Source: Ignavibacteriales bacterium
Lineage (GTDB): Bacteria; Bacteroidota; Ignavibacteria; Ignavibacteriales; Melioribacteraceae
Assembly (NCBI GenBank): GCA_020061355.1
Contig: JAGUYK010000025.1
Location: 47,815 to 111,814, forward strand
DNA: 64,000 bases
Direction of reading: 5' to 3'
Shown here: positions 48,148-58,066 of the stretch, piece by piece
Numbering within the stretch: position 1 is the stretch's first letter
How the letters are laid out: each line of letters opens with the position of its first letter
The notes under the pieces: model-generated
Databases searched by the model: none
What the model saw: the letters and a program-made list of their open reading frames with translations, nothing else
What the model was told of the DNA's origin: nothing
Translations under genes and position numbers: made by a program

Positions 48148-48363
48148 ATGAATACAAAAACAATTGGTATCGTCATTCTCGTAATTGGTTTATTAATGAC
48201 TCTCTATACTGGATTTAATTATGTAACAAGAGAAAAAATAGTGGATCTTGGTAGCGTAGAGATAACTGCTGATAAAGAACATAGTGCTAGTTGGTCTCCA
48301 TTTATTGGGCTCGGAATTATGGTAATTGGAGGTGTCGTTTTCGTAATGGGTAAAAAGAAATAA
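48148..48363 (+). CDS. small two-TM membrane protein
   Basis: 71 aa, two hydrophobic helices. SD AAGGAG upstream. Confidence 0.5.
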   Translation: MNTKTIGIVILVIGLLMTLYTGFNYVTREKIVDLGSVEITADKEHSASWSPFIGLGIMVIGGVVFVMGKKK

Positions 48364-48460
48364 TTTTAAAGAAATACAAAACTGTTCGACAATGCTGATA
48401 GTCATAACACCGAAATTATTTATGTGTAATTGGAGAAGAATAAAAGGAAGGAAAAAATAA

Positions 48461-48742
48461 ATGAAGAACAACGATAAATTAATAACGGTATTGAATAAAA
48501 TACTTGTTGATGAACTCCTTGCCAACAATCATAATATAATTCATCCTAAAGAGTGCGATAAATTAGATTGGGAAAAACTTCAGGAAGCAATTGAAAAGGA
48601 AACAATTGAAGAGGTCAAACAAGCGGAATGGCTCATCAAACGAATTATTTTTCTTGAAATCTGGAGAACACGGCAGCACTCAATTAATGTACACCAGGAT
48701 AATTCCGATAATAATTTCGAAATGAGAAGCAATGTCGGATGA
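48461..48742 (+). pseudogene. bfr: truncated, degenerate bacterioferritin-like gene
   Basis: MKNNDKLITVLNKILVDELLANN...IEEVKQAEWLIKRIIFLE aligns with E. coli Bfr [23 protein letters not shown]...IDEMKHADRYIERILFLE. It stops at 93 aa (Bfr is about 158). In my hand alignment the positions of E51, M52 and H54 read I, E and K. Several stop codons follow in all frames. Confidence 0.55.
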
Positions 48743-49526
48743 ATATAATAGTCCTCGTTTTAAAGGAAAAATATTTTTTTCCCCGGCACGATGTGGTGCA
48801 GCATTTTAAAAAGTTTGTAAATAAACTTTTAATATGGTATCACGGGCATATAAATAAATTCCTGACTCTCCGCCAGAGGCAGACAGGTCCGCTTGAAAAA
48901 ATAAAACCTTGATCATAACAAATGAATGCTGTCTTAGAGGTTTTTATTTTATATGGGTTCTGTGAAGTCAGCAAAAAGAGGTATATTCTATGTGGTAGGC
49001 GACATAATGATTACGTTTTCTAAAATGGAAGTAAATTTAAAAAGGTGTTGTTGGTTACAACTTTTATTAGTGCGCTTTTTAATTAGTACGCTTGCAGAAT
49101 ATTAAATATTGACTTGAATCTCTAATATTCCGCAACTTCATTAAAGGACGGTAAGTGTCGATTTTATTTTTGTGTTATTTCCTCAATAGAATTGTAATAG
49201 AATTTTGCTATAAACCAAATAATAGCTGAAAATTATATCTGAGATTATTTTTCCCTTCACCCGCAATAGTCAACTTTTCATTAATGGCATTTACCATAAA
49301 ATAAGTATTATCGATTATTCTATAAATAAACCCTATACCGGGAGCAAGATTTTTGATTTCGAATTTTCCGGGAAGCGCCAATGAAGCAAAACTTGTTAAA
49401 GCAATCGATTGCAAATTTGGTTACGACATCGCCCCTTCAATGCCTCAAGAAAAAGAAAATAGGCTTTATTTTGGTACTAATATTTGATTTTCGTTCGTTT
49501 TTTAATCCTCCTGTGGTCATTTGATA

Positions 49527-52500
49527 CTATTTCATTAAAATCATTTTCTTAACAAGTTTAAATCCTTCTGTGTCCATTCTATAAAAGTAAATACCGCTTG
49601 AAACCGGCTCGCCATAATTATTTTTTCCGTTCCAAATTAATTTATATTTACCGATAGTGTGATATCGATTTTCTAAAGTTGTAACCAGTTGACCGAGCGA
49701 ATTATATACTTCTAGTTTTACATTTCCCGGTTTTGAAACATAATATTCTATAGTTGTAACAGGATTGAATGGATTTGGATAATTATTACTTAGACTAAAA
49801 TCGATAGGAATGATTCTGGCTTCATCATTATTGGAAGTATTAATTACTTTAAAGACCTCCACTTCATAAATTGAATAACCCCATTCAGTGGCTCGCTTTA
49901 TACCGTAAATCCTTAAATAACGTGCGGAAGCATTCACATCAAATTTCTCAACTCCACCGTTTCCATTCTGCTTATTTATAATCGCAGTCCAGTTACTCTG
50001 ATCGTTGGAAGTTTCAATCCTGTATTCCTTGCCGTAAGCGGTTTCCCAATAAATCCTGATCTGATTGAACTCGGTCTTTTGACCAAGATCAATTATAAGC
50101 CATTGAGGATCCGAAAACTGAGACGACCAGCGGGAACCGTAATTTCCATCAACCGCATTAGAACCGGCAAGACTGCTATTCTCGAAGGATGAAACAGTAA
50201 CATTTTTATTAAGAGCAAAGTTAATTGGAGGATGCTCAAAGACTCTGAAGGTTTTGCTTTTGCTGTTGTTGTTCTCTATCGTTTCTTTAAAAGAATTAAT
50301 ATCATCAACATTTGCTTCAACCGTAAACTCACCGGGCGAATCTGCTACCCAGTAATTTCTCCCTTCCAAATTGTAATTCCCTGATACTAATGCCATTCCT
50401 CCCTTTGGGATTGAATCTGTCAATTCAACTGAACGGGCTACCGTATTGCCATTCACTTTAAACAAAACTTCGTGAAATGCATTTGCTGGTGATGGCCCGA
50501 TTCCCCGATTAATAATGGTTGCATAGAATGAAACTTTCTGACCCGGAAGCGGATAGGGAGGAACGATTTTGATATCTGCAACCTGAAGATCGGGTGCCGG
50601 TACCTGTGCTCTTAATTCGAAATTAATCTTAACAGGAAGATTATCCGACGAGCCACCGATTTGTGCTGTGTATAATCCTGGATCAATCTCATAACTGTTG
50701 CTGCTTTGACTGAAATGATATAATTCGTTAGGCGTAATATTGAACGATACAGTTTTTACTTCGTCGGGATAAAGAAATATTTTTTTAAATCCTTTTAATT
50801 CCTTCTTCGGTTTATAAACGAACGAAGGATTTTCAGTAAGATAAAGCTGAACTACTTCTTCACCGGCTATTTGACCTGTATTTTTAACATCAACACTAAC
50901 TTCAATTATATTTCCAATGTGCGTATGATTACTATTAACCCTGATATTACTATATGTAAAAATCGTATAACTTAAACCGAATCCGAATGCAAATTGGGGT
51001 ATCAAACTTTTTTCGTCGAACCATCTATATCCGGTACCGAAGTCATTATTAAAATCGAAATCGGTTATTTCGTTGGGGAGTTGAGAATCGTTTTTGGGAA
51101 GAGTGATCGGCAGTTTTCCGGATGGATTATAATCACCAAACAAGACCTGGGCTATTGCATTGCCCCCTTCCTGACCGGGATAAAATCCATAAATCAGTGC
51201 ATCGATGTTATCAATGAATGAACTGACCCCGCAGATTCCTCCGCTAATCAGTACAACAATAACCTTCTGATTATACTGTGTTAATAAACTGATGAAATCT
51301 TTTTGCTTGCCGGGAAGTTCGATCGATCCGTTTAACCTATCAAATCCTTCTCCTTCCTGCGAAGGATCCAAACCGCCGAAATAAATTACCAGATCTGCCT
51401 TCTGAGCATGCTGGATTGCAGCGGCAAAATCGCTCGCATAATTTGTTCCTCCTATTTCACATCCTTGAGCATATAAAACTTTGTCGGCACCAATGTAATT
51501 TTCGATTCCCTGCTTTGGAGAGACTGAATAGACGGGACTTACCCAGCTGCTTCCGCTTCCATCAGTTTGCATAACCGCAGCATTAGGACCGAGTAGAGCA
51601 ATTTTGTTAATTGTATTTTTATTAAGCGGAAGAATGTTCGACCGGTTTTTAAGAAGCACTAAACTTTTTTTACCGGCTTCTAAACAGAGCGACTGGTGTG
51701 CCGGGCTATTTACGTCTGATGGATCTCCAAGAGGAAGGTAATCGAGCATTCCGGCAAATATTTTTGTACGGAGAACCCTCCTTACAGCGTCATCGATAAC
51801 ACTGATTGGAACCAAACCGCTATTTACCAGATTTAACAAGTCATTTTCATAATGGTCAGATCCCATACAAATATCCGTACCGGATTTGATCGCCTTTTCG
51901 GAGTTATGAACAGCTCCCCAATCGGATACAACGTAATATGGGAAACCCCATTTGTTTCTTAGAATAGTAGAAAGAAGATTTGAACTTTCAGAAGCCTGAT
52001 CTCCGTTCACACGGTTGTATGCACTCATAATCGACATCACTCCGGCATCCTGAACCAGAGTCCTGAAATTAAATCCGTAATGTTCAAGCAGGTTTCTCTG
52101 AGAGATTTTATAATCGTTGCTGTTTCTTCCTACCTGCTTATGCTTTCCGTTATAATGCTTGGCGGTTGCAATAACTCCGGAATTCTGCATGCCTTTAACC
52201 ATAGCAGTGTTGATCATTGCATTAAGGTATGGATCTTCTCCGCCGCTTTCGGGTGTTCTTCCATTTCTTGGATCGCGGGTTAAGTCGATTGCCGGGCCGA
52301 GCGCCTGATGTTTACCCTTACCTCTGAATTCTTTACCCAGAGCAATCCCGACTCTTTCTGCAAGTTCAACATCCCATGTTGCTGCCATACCGATACCGAC
52401 CGGAAATGAAGTTGCAAGTCCGTCTCTAACACCATGAGGTCCGTCTGCCATCGAGAATCCCGGAATATTCAGCCGGAGGTTATTTTCTGTATGCATTGCA

Positions 52501-52664
52501 CCGGCTTTATGAAGCTGCTTAATTTTTTCTTCTAATGTCATATTAGTAATCAACTGCTCAATTCTTTCGTTTACATCTTGAGCGTTAGAATATTCCGGAC
52601 AGAGAATTACTATTAATGATATTAGTATAAGTGAATTTTTTCTAATGCTATGGACTGGATTCAT
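49527..52664 (-). CDS. GH3 beta-glucosidase with CARDB-like, F5/8-type-C (CBM32-like) and T9SS C-terminal domains
   Basis: GH3 motifs: GPHGVRDG, FPVGIGMAATWD, GPAIDLTRDPRNGRTPESGGEDPYL, AKHYNG, VVSDWGAV. Fn3-like ELKGFKKIFL. Discoidin-like SNAVDGNYGSRWSS...WLIIDLG...YLRIYG. C-terminal NYPNPFNPVTT...GIYFYRM...KKMILMK. Confidence 0.9.
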   Translation of the reverse strand: MNPVHSIRKNSLILISLIVILCPEYSNAQDVNERIEQLITNMTLEEKIKQLHKAGAMHTENNLRLNIPGFSMADGPHGVRDGLATSFPVGIGMAATWDVELAERVGIALGKEFRGKGKHQALGPAIDLTRDPRNGRTPESGGEDPYLNAMINTAMVKGMQNSGVIATAKHYNGKHKQVGRNSNDYKISQRNLLEHYGFNFRTLVQDAGVMSIMSAYNRVNGDQASESSNLLSTILRNKWGFPYYVVSDWGAVHNSEKAIKSGTDICMGSDHYENDLLNLVNSGLVPISVIDDAVRRVLRTKIFAGMLDYLPLGDPSDVNSPAHQSLCLEAGKKSLVLLKNRSNILPLNKNTINKIALLGPNAAVMQTDGSGSSWVSPVYSVSPKQGIENYIGADKVLYAQGCEIGGTNYASDFAAAIQHAQKADLVIYFGGLDPSQEGEGFDRLNGSIELPGKQKDFISLLTQYNQKVIVVLISGGICGVSSFIDNIDALIYGFYPGQEGGNAIAQVLFGDYNPSGKLPITLPKNDSQLPNEITDFDFNNDFGTGYRWFDEKSLIPQFAFGFGLSYTIFTYSNIRVNSNHTHIGNIIEVSVDVKNTGQIAGEEVVQLYLTENPSFVYKPKKELKGFKKIFLYPDEVKTVSFNITPNELYHFSQSSNSYEIDPGLYTAQIGGSSDNLPVKINFELRAQVPAPDLQVADIKIVPPYPLPGQKVSFYATIINRGIGPSPANAFHEVLFKVNGNTVARSVELTDSIPKGGMALVSGNYNLEGRNYWVADSPGEFTVEANVDDINSFKETIENNNSKSKTFRVFEHPPINFALNKNVTVSSFENSSLAGSNAVDGNYGSRWSSQFSDPQWLIIDLGQKTEFNQIRIYWETAYGKEYRIETSNDQSNWTAIINKQNGNGGVEKFDVNASARYLRIYGIKRATEWGYSIYEVEVFKVINTSNNDEARIIPIDFSLSNNYPNPFNPVTTIEYYVSKPGNVKLEVYNSLGQLVTTLENRYHTIGKYKLIWNGKNNYGEPVSSGIYFYRMDTEGFKLVKKMILMK

Positions 52665-52887
52665 TAAGTCTCTCGGAATTAGTGATGAGTTTACACGGGT
52701 CTATTTCTTATTTTATCCGTTCATTGCGAATATGATGACAAACATAAAAACAAATCGGTTTTATTTCCTATTTTTTGATAAAATTTATTGATCCGTAATT
52801 AAAAGTGCTATCTGCATAAATGAATATAATTGAATAAAAAACTAAATTAACATCACTAAAAATTATGTAATTATTAACTTTACGAGC

Positions 52888-54288
52888 ATGAAGAAAATTA
52901 CCGGATTTAATTTTATTGTAATATTCGCTTTTATTGCACTAATAATTCTTGTGAATAACCGGACAGTATTAGGTCAGGATAAAATTCCGGCATATAATTT
53001 ATATAATGAAGAAAAAGATTTTTTAGATACGCTTCAATACAAATCATTTCTTTATTTCATAAATGAAATTAATCCGGAAAATGGTCTTGTAAAAGACAGA
53101 AGTACCGATACCTCCCCTTCATCTATTGCTGCAGTTGGATTCGCTTACCCGATCTGGGCGATTGGAGTTGAGAAAGGATGGATAAGCAGGGATCGTGCAG
53201 TCGATCTTACTTTGAAATCATTACAGTTTTTTTTCGATTCCGAACAGAGTAAGAATAAATTTGCTACCGGTTATAATGGATTTTATTATCACTTCCTTGA
53301 TATGCAGACGGGTCGCCGGTTCTGGAACTGCGAACTTTCATCAATTGATAGCGGATTATTGTTTTGCGGAATCATTTTTGCCCGACAGTATTACAATAAT
53401 GATGATGAACCTGAAAAAAGAATTCGCGAATTAGCAGATAAAATTCTTGGAAGAGCTGACTGGTCGTTCTGGCAGTTGCCCGATTCGGGAAGATTCGCAA
53501 ATCAAATATCCATGGGATGGAATGAGATGGGATTGCTTCCAACCGGATGGTTCGGTTACACGGAAGCTTTATTCTTATATGTCATTGCCGCTGGTTCAAA
53601 TTATAAGGATTATCGGAGTGCTTACGATTCCTGGCTTAATACTTATAAATGGCGCGAACCTTACAAAAAGGAGTACGGACATGTAGTCTTTCCGCCGATA
53701 TTCGGTCATCAGTATTCATTCCTTTTTATTGATCCTTCCGGTCTTGTTGATAAATATATGAGTAGTAAGGGGATCGATTATTTCGAGAATTCCCGCAGGG
53801 CTACTTATGTTAACAGAGAATATTCTATTATTAATCCACTAAATTGGGTTGGTTATGATTCCCTAACATGGGGTTTAAGTGCCTGCGATGGTCCCGGTTC
53901 CAAATATAATTTCGATAATAGAATATTTTACGATTATGCCGCACGAGGTACATCTGGACTCGACTCCACCGAACTTGATGATGGTACTATTACTCCAACT
54001 GCAACCGGAGGTTCTATTCCATTTGCACCGGAGATTGCTATTCCGTCATTGATGAATATGTACAAGAAATATGGTGGTCAGGGACTCTGGGGACGTTACG
54101 GGCTTTTTGATTCTTTTAATCCGACTTTAAATTGGTTTAATAAGGATTACATCGGAATTGATCAGGGACCTATAGTAATTATGATTGAAAATTTCTTAAA
54201 CGGTTTTGTCTGGAGATATTTTATGAAGGATAAAATTGTAATTGACGGTCTAATGAAGCTGGGATTTCAATATCAGGTTCACAAATAA
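52888..54288 (+). CDS. glucoamylase-family / GH144-like protein (candidate beta-1,2-glucanase)
   Basis: Signal peptide. FLDTLQYKSFLYFINEINPENGLVKDRS...SSIAAVGF..., ...YYHFLD..., WGLSACDGP..., TPTATGGSIPFAPE..., YGLFDSFN..., IGIDQGPIVIMIENF resemble the putative-glucoamylase/GH144 superfamily as I recall it. Confidence 0.6.
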   Translation: MKKITGFNFIVIFAFIALIILVNNRTVLGQDKIPAYNLYNEEKDFLDTLQYKSFLYFINEINPENGLVKDRSTDTSPSSIAAVGFAYPIWAIGVEKGWISRDRAVDLTLKSLQFFFDSEQSKNKFATGYNGFYYHFLDMQTGRRFWNCELSSIDSGLLFCGIIFARQYYNNDDEPEKRIRELADKILGRADWSFWQLPDSGRFANQISMGWNEMGLLPTGWFGYTEALFLYVIAAGSNYKDYRSAYDSWLNTYKWREPYKKEYGHVVFPPIFGHQYSFLFIDPSGLVDKYMSSKGIDYFENSRRATYVNREYSIINPLNWVGYDSLTWGLSACDGPGSKYNFDNRIFYDYAARGTSGLDSTELDDGTITPTATGGSIPFAPEIAIPSLMNMYKKYGGQGLWGRYGLFDSFNPTLNWFNKDYIGIDQGPIVIMIENFLNGFVWRYFMKDKIVIDGLMKLGFQYQVHK

Positions 54289-54289
54289 A

Positions 54290-56200
54290 ATGAAAAAGAA
54301 ATTAGTGCTTTTATTGTTTTGCGGAATTCAGATCATTTTAGCTCAATCGGATTCAACTCCTCCGGCTATACCCTCCGGATTAAAATCCTTTTCCTATGAA
54401 ATGCATATCGATCTGGTATGGCAGGCAAATTCCGAGAGCGATCTTGCCGGGTGCAAAATATATAAGTGGAACGGAATCCAGTTTAACTATTATGCAACTG
54501 TATCAAAGGAACGAAATTTTTATTGGGAGTGGCTCGGTGCCACAAATGTTTCCGGCAAGTATAAAATAAGCGCATTCGACTATTCAAATAATGAATCCGG
54601 GTTGAGTGATGAAGTATCAACTTATACCCATATAATGACCGATGAGGAATTCCTTGATATGACTCAAAGGGCAGTCTTCAGGTACTTCTGGGATTATGGT
54701 GATCCGAATTCAGGATTAGCAAGGGAAAGGTGGGACGGCGGAAAAGATTTAACGAACACAATCGGAGGTTCGGGCTTTGGAATAATGGCTCTCCTGGTTG
54801 GAATAGAGAGAGAATTTATTACAAGGGAACTGGGAATTGAAAGGATGCTAAAGATTCTGAATTTTCTCACTAACGTAGCAGAAAAATTTCACGGCGTATT
54901 TCCTCACTGGCTGAACGGAAACACCGGTAAAGTAGTAAGATTCGGAGTTCAGGACGGAGGGGACATTGTTGAAACATCCTTTTTAATTCAAGGACTTCTT
55001 ACTGCAGCACAATATTTTAATGAACAAAACCTGCATGAAATCCAGATCAGAGAACAAATAGAGAACATCTGGCACAATGTTGATTGGAATTTTTACCGGA
55101 ATGGTTCCACCGGATTATACTGGAATTGGTCTCCTACAATGGGATTCAATTTCAGCGATACATTCATTTTCCATGGGTGGAACGAAACATTGATCACTTA
55201 TATACTAGCTGTTGTATCTCCCACACATCCTATCCCTTCAATCTATTACAGAAGCGGCTGGGGCGATAATGGAAATATCAAATATACTGGTCCTCAAAGG
55301 TACGGCATTGATTTATATGTAGGAAGAAGAGAAGCTTATGGAGGACCGTTATTTTTTACTCACTATTCTTTCTTAGGATTTGATCCGAGAAATATACGTG
55401 ATCTCTATGCAAACTATTTTATTCATAATAAAAATCAATCTATAGTCAACTGGGAATATTGCAAAGCAAATCCCCAAAATTATAATGGTTATAGTTCCGA
55501 GTGCTGGGGACTTACTGCAAGCTATAGTATTCCGGGAGTCGACTACACGGCGCATGAACCTCAATTAAATGATAACGGAACTATCGCACCTACTGCTGCA
55601 CTTTCTGCAATGCCATATACTCCCGAGCAATCATTATCTGCTTTAAAGTACTTTTATCGAACGCTCGGTTCAAAACTGTGGAGCGATTTCGGCTTCAAGG
55701 ATGCTTTTAATCTCACGTACTCAAGGTCGGGTGTCACAGGTGAATGGTTCAGTAATGGATATCTAGCGATTGATCAGGGCCCAATCATTTGTATGATCGA
55801 GAATTACAGATCCGGTTTATTATGGAAATATTTTATGCAGAATCCCGATTTGAAAAACGCAATGACAAAAATTCCATTCTTCAGCGAACCAAATGATATT
55901 GAAGAAGAACCTCTTATTGAAAAGAATTTTAAGCTGATGGGTAATTATCCTAATCCCTTTAATGGAGAAACACGAATAGAGTTCTATATTTCCAATCCAT
56001 TCGATTTTAAAATCATTATAATTAATCCGGTTGGTCAGAAATTAAGGACATTAAACAGTCCAAAATTATCTGTAGGTTTGAACTCGGTTATATGGAACGG
56101 TTTGGATGACAATGGTAATCCGGTAGTCTCCGGTCCATACTTTTATATCGTTAATAACCGGAATCAGATATTTTCCGGTAAAATGATGCTATTAAAATAA
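54290..56200 (+). CDS. glucoamylase-family / GH144-like protein with N-terminal Fn3-like module and T9SS CTD
   Basis: FRYFWDYGDPNSGLARER, GGSGFGIMALLVGIEREFITR, FHGVFPHWLNGNTGKVV, GGDIVETSFLIQGLLTAAQYF, GWNETLITYILAVVSPTHPI, GGPLFFTHYSFLGFDPR, CWGLTAS, APTAALSAMPYTPE, LAIDQGPIICMIENYRSGLLW. C-terminal NYPNPFNGETR...GPYFYIV...KMMLLK. Confidence 0.75.
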   Translation: MKKKLVLLLFCGIQIILAQSDSTPPAIPSGLKSFSYEMHIDLVWQANSESDLAGCKIYKWNGIQFNYYATVSKERNFYWEWLGATNVSGKYKISAFDYSNNESGLSDEVSTYTHIMTDEEFLDMTQRAVFRYFWDYGDPNSGLARERWDGGKDLTNTIGGSGFGIMALLVGIEREFITRELGIERMLKILNFLTNVAEKFHGVFPHWLNGNTGKVVRFGVQDGGDIVETSFLIQGLLTAAQYFNEQNLHEIQIREQIENIWHNVDWNFYRNGSTGLYWNWSPTMGFNFSDTFIFHGWNETLITYILAVVSPTHPIPSIYYRSGWGDNGNIKYTGPQRYGIDLYVGRREAYGGPLFFTHYSFLGFDPRNIRDLYANYFIHNKNQSIVNWEYCKANPQNYNGYSSECWGLTASYSIPGVDYTAHEPQLNDNGTIAPTAALSAMPYTPEQSLSALKYFYRTLGSKLWSDFGFKDAFNLTYSRSGVTGEWFSNGYLAIDQGPIICMIENYRSGLLWKYFMQNPDLKNAMTKIPFFSEPNDIEEEPLIEKNFKLMGNYPNPFNGETRIEFYISNPFDFKIIIINPVGQKLRTLNSPKLSVGLNSVIWNGLDDNGNPVVSGPYFYIVNNRNQIFSGKMMLLK

Positions 56201-56213
56201 TTGAATATTTTTG

Positions 56214-58064
56214 ATGAAATTACTAAACACCCAAATAAGCTTAATTCTATTTTCTGCTTTTCTTTTTACAAATCTTTTAATTGAAGACGTATTATGTCAG
56301 GATAAAGATGATATAGTGGCTAAAGCTGGAAATTTTTCGATCACTTTGGAAGAGTTCCGGCTTAGATATGAATTTTCACCTCTTCCACAGAGATCTGGAT
56401 ATTGCCAATATGATAAGAAAAGTGAATTCCTTTATACTCTCCTAGCAGAAAAATTGCTAGCCGCCGAAGCAGTTAAGAATGAATTGAATAAAGAAAAAGA
56501 GTTTTTAGATCTAATAAACTACCTCTTTGAAATCTATATGAGAGACGCATTATATCAAATTGAAATTAAGAATAAAATTATTATTCCAGACTCCCTGATG
56601 AGAGAAGGGATGAATCGGATCGCAAAAGAACTATATATAAAATTTATTTTTTCAACTAATCCTTTAGAAATTGATTCAATTTTCTCCATGATAGTTAATG
56701 GGTCGGATTTCGATTCGTTATTAAATAATAGGCCGGAGGCCAGTGAGCAGGCTGAGATTAAAAAAATTACTTTCGGGGAAATGCATCCTTCCATTGAAAA
56801 TGAAATATTTAAACTCCTGCCCGGAATGATAACAAAGCCGGTTAAGCTGGAGGAAGGATGGTATGTCTGCAAAATTTATGACATCAAGAAAAATGAAAAC
56901 ATGGGTAAGGAGGATGAATCCAGGGTCAGAAAAATTGTTTCTAATCGGATTGAGGATAGCTTGTATCAGGTCTTCTACAAAGAATTTTTTAGAGGGGTTA
57001 ACGTAAATGCAGACAGAGAAATTTTTGATCGTCTTTTAAATATACTCCATGCTTATGTAATCAAAAATCAAAATTACTTTTCAAAAAATGCAAGATTCAG
57101 ATTTCAGCTTGGGGAAGCTGAAATTAAAGAAATTAAGAACGATCTGGACTCGGAATTAAAAAAGATTTTTATAAAGTTTGATTCTGATCCTGTGTCGCTT
57201 GATAAATTTTTAATTGACCTAATGTATGGAGGAATAAATTTCAACTCAATCGACATCAATCATATGCGGGGGGTATTTAGTTCGAGAGTTCGTGAGTATA
57301 TACAGAATCAATTATTTGTTAGAGAAGCGGTAAAAAAAGGTTATTCAAATCTCCCTGAAATTCAGAGAGATTTGAAAATATGGAGTGATTATTATTTATC
57401 ACAATTGATATTGAAACAACTCTATCTAAATGCAGAAGTTACAGAAGAAGAAGCACTCGATTTTTATATAAATGAGAATCAAGTTGTGCAATTTCTGGAT
57501 AGCATAAAGGTTGCCCGGCTTGTAACCGGAAATTTGGATATAATTGAATCGGTTCTAAAAAAAATAAGTGATGGCGAACGGTTTATCGATATTTGTAAGG
57601 AATACGATTCAAATAAAATATTGGGAACGGAAAGTTTTATTTCAGAATATTTCTCGGTAAACGAGAATAATGACTTCGGAAAGATTGCAGCCAGGTTAAA
57701 TATCAATGAAGTATACGGGCCTGTTAAATCGGGGAATGGTTTTTTAATTATACAGCTTCTAGATAAAAAACCGGGTAAAAAAGAAAAGGTCGGTTTGTTT
57801 GAAGAAGCTAAAGAGGATATTAAAAGTATTCTGCGGACAAAAAGAATGTTCGGCAGTCTCGATACACTTGCATCAACTTTGGCATTAGAGAACCCCCTGA
57901 AGATAAACCAGGATCTTTTAGATAAATTCAAAGTCTCGGATGTTAATATGATCGTGCTGAAACGATTCGGTTTTGGAGGACAGCTTCTTGCTGTACCGGA
58001 TTATCAGCCATATACAACCTGGTATGATTTATATCTTAAAAGATTGAAAAAGAATTTACCCTGA
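56214..58064 (+). CDS. SurA/PpiD-like periplasmic chaperone (degenerate parvulin-type PPIase domains)
   Basis: Signal peptide. Long helical regions interrupted by two parvulin-like segments (…MITKPVKLEEGWYVCKIYD… and …EVYGPVKSGNGFLIIQLLDKK…). ATG 56214. Weak family call. Confidence 0.45.
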   Translation: MKLLNTQISLILFSAFLFTNLLIEDVLCQDKDDIVAKAGNFSITLEEFRLRYEFSPLPQRSGYCQYDKKSEFLYTLLAEKLLAAEAVKNELNKEKEFLDLINYLFEIYMRDALYQIEIKNKIIIPDSLMREGMNRIAKELYIKFIFSTNPLEIDSIFSMIVNGSDFDSLLNNRPEASEQAEIKKITFGEMHPSIENEIFKLLPGMITKPVKLEEGWYVCKIYDIKKNENMGKEDESRVRKIVSNRIEDSLYQVFYKEFFRGVNVNADREIFDRLLNILHAYVIKNQNYFSKNARFRFQLGEAEIKEIKNDLDSELKKIFIKFDSDPVSLDKFLIDLMYGGINFNSIDINHMRGVFSSRVREYIQNQLFVREAVKKGYSNLPEIQRDLKIWSDYYLSQLILKQLYLNAEVTEEEALDFYINENQVVQFLDSIKVARLVTGNLDIIESVLKKISDGERFIDICKEYDSNKILGTESFISEYFSVNENNDFGKIAARLNINEVYGPVKSGNGFLIIQLLDKKPGKKEKVGLFEEAKEDIKSILRTKRMFGSLDTLASTLALENPLKINQDLLDKFKVSDVNMIVLKRFGFGGQLLAVPDYQPYTTWYDLYLKRLKKNLP

Positions 58065-58066
58065 TC

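Noticed and set aside
49208-49414. 68-aa minus-strand ORF ending ...YNFQLLFGL
   Set aside because: It looks like an isolated C-terminal beta-strand fragment in the decayed zone. There is no upstream coding continuity, so it was not called as a gene.
52700-52760. Sigma-54-like site for the GH3 gene on the minus strand (TGTCAT-CATAT-TCGCAA)
   Set aside because: The invariant GG is GT, and TTGC is TCGC. Too many mismatches at critical positions.
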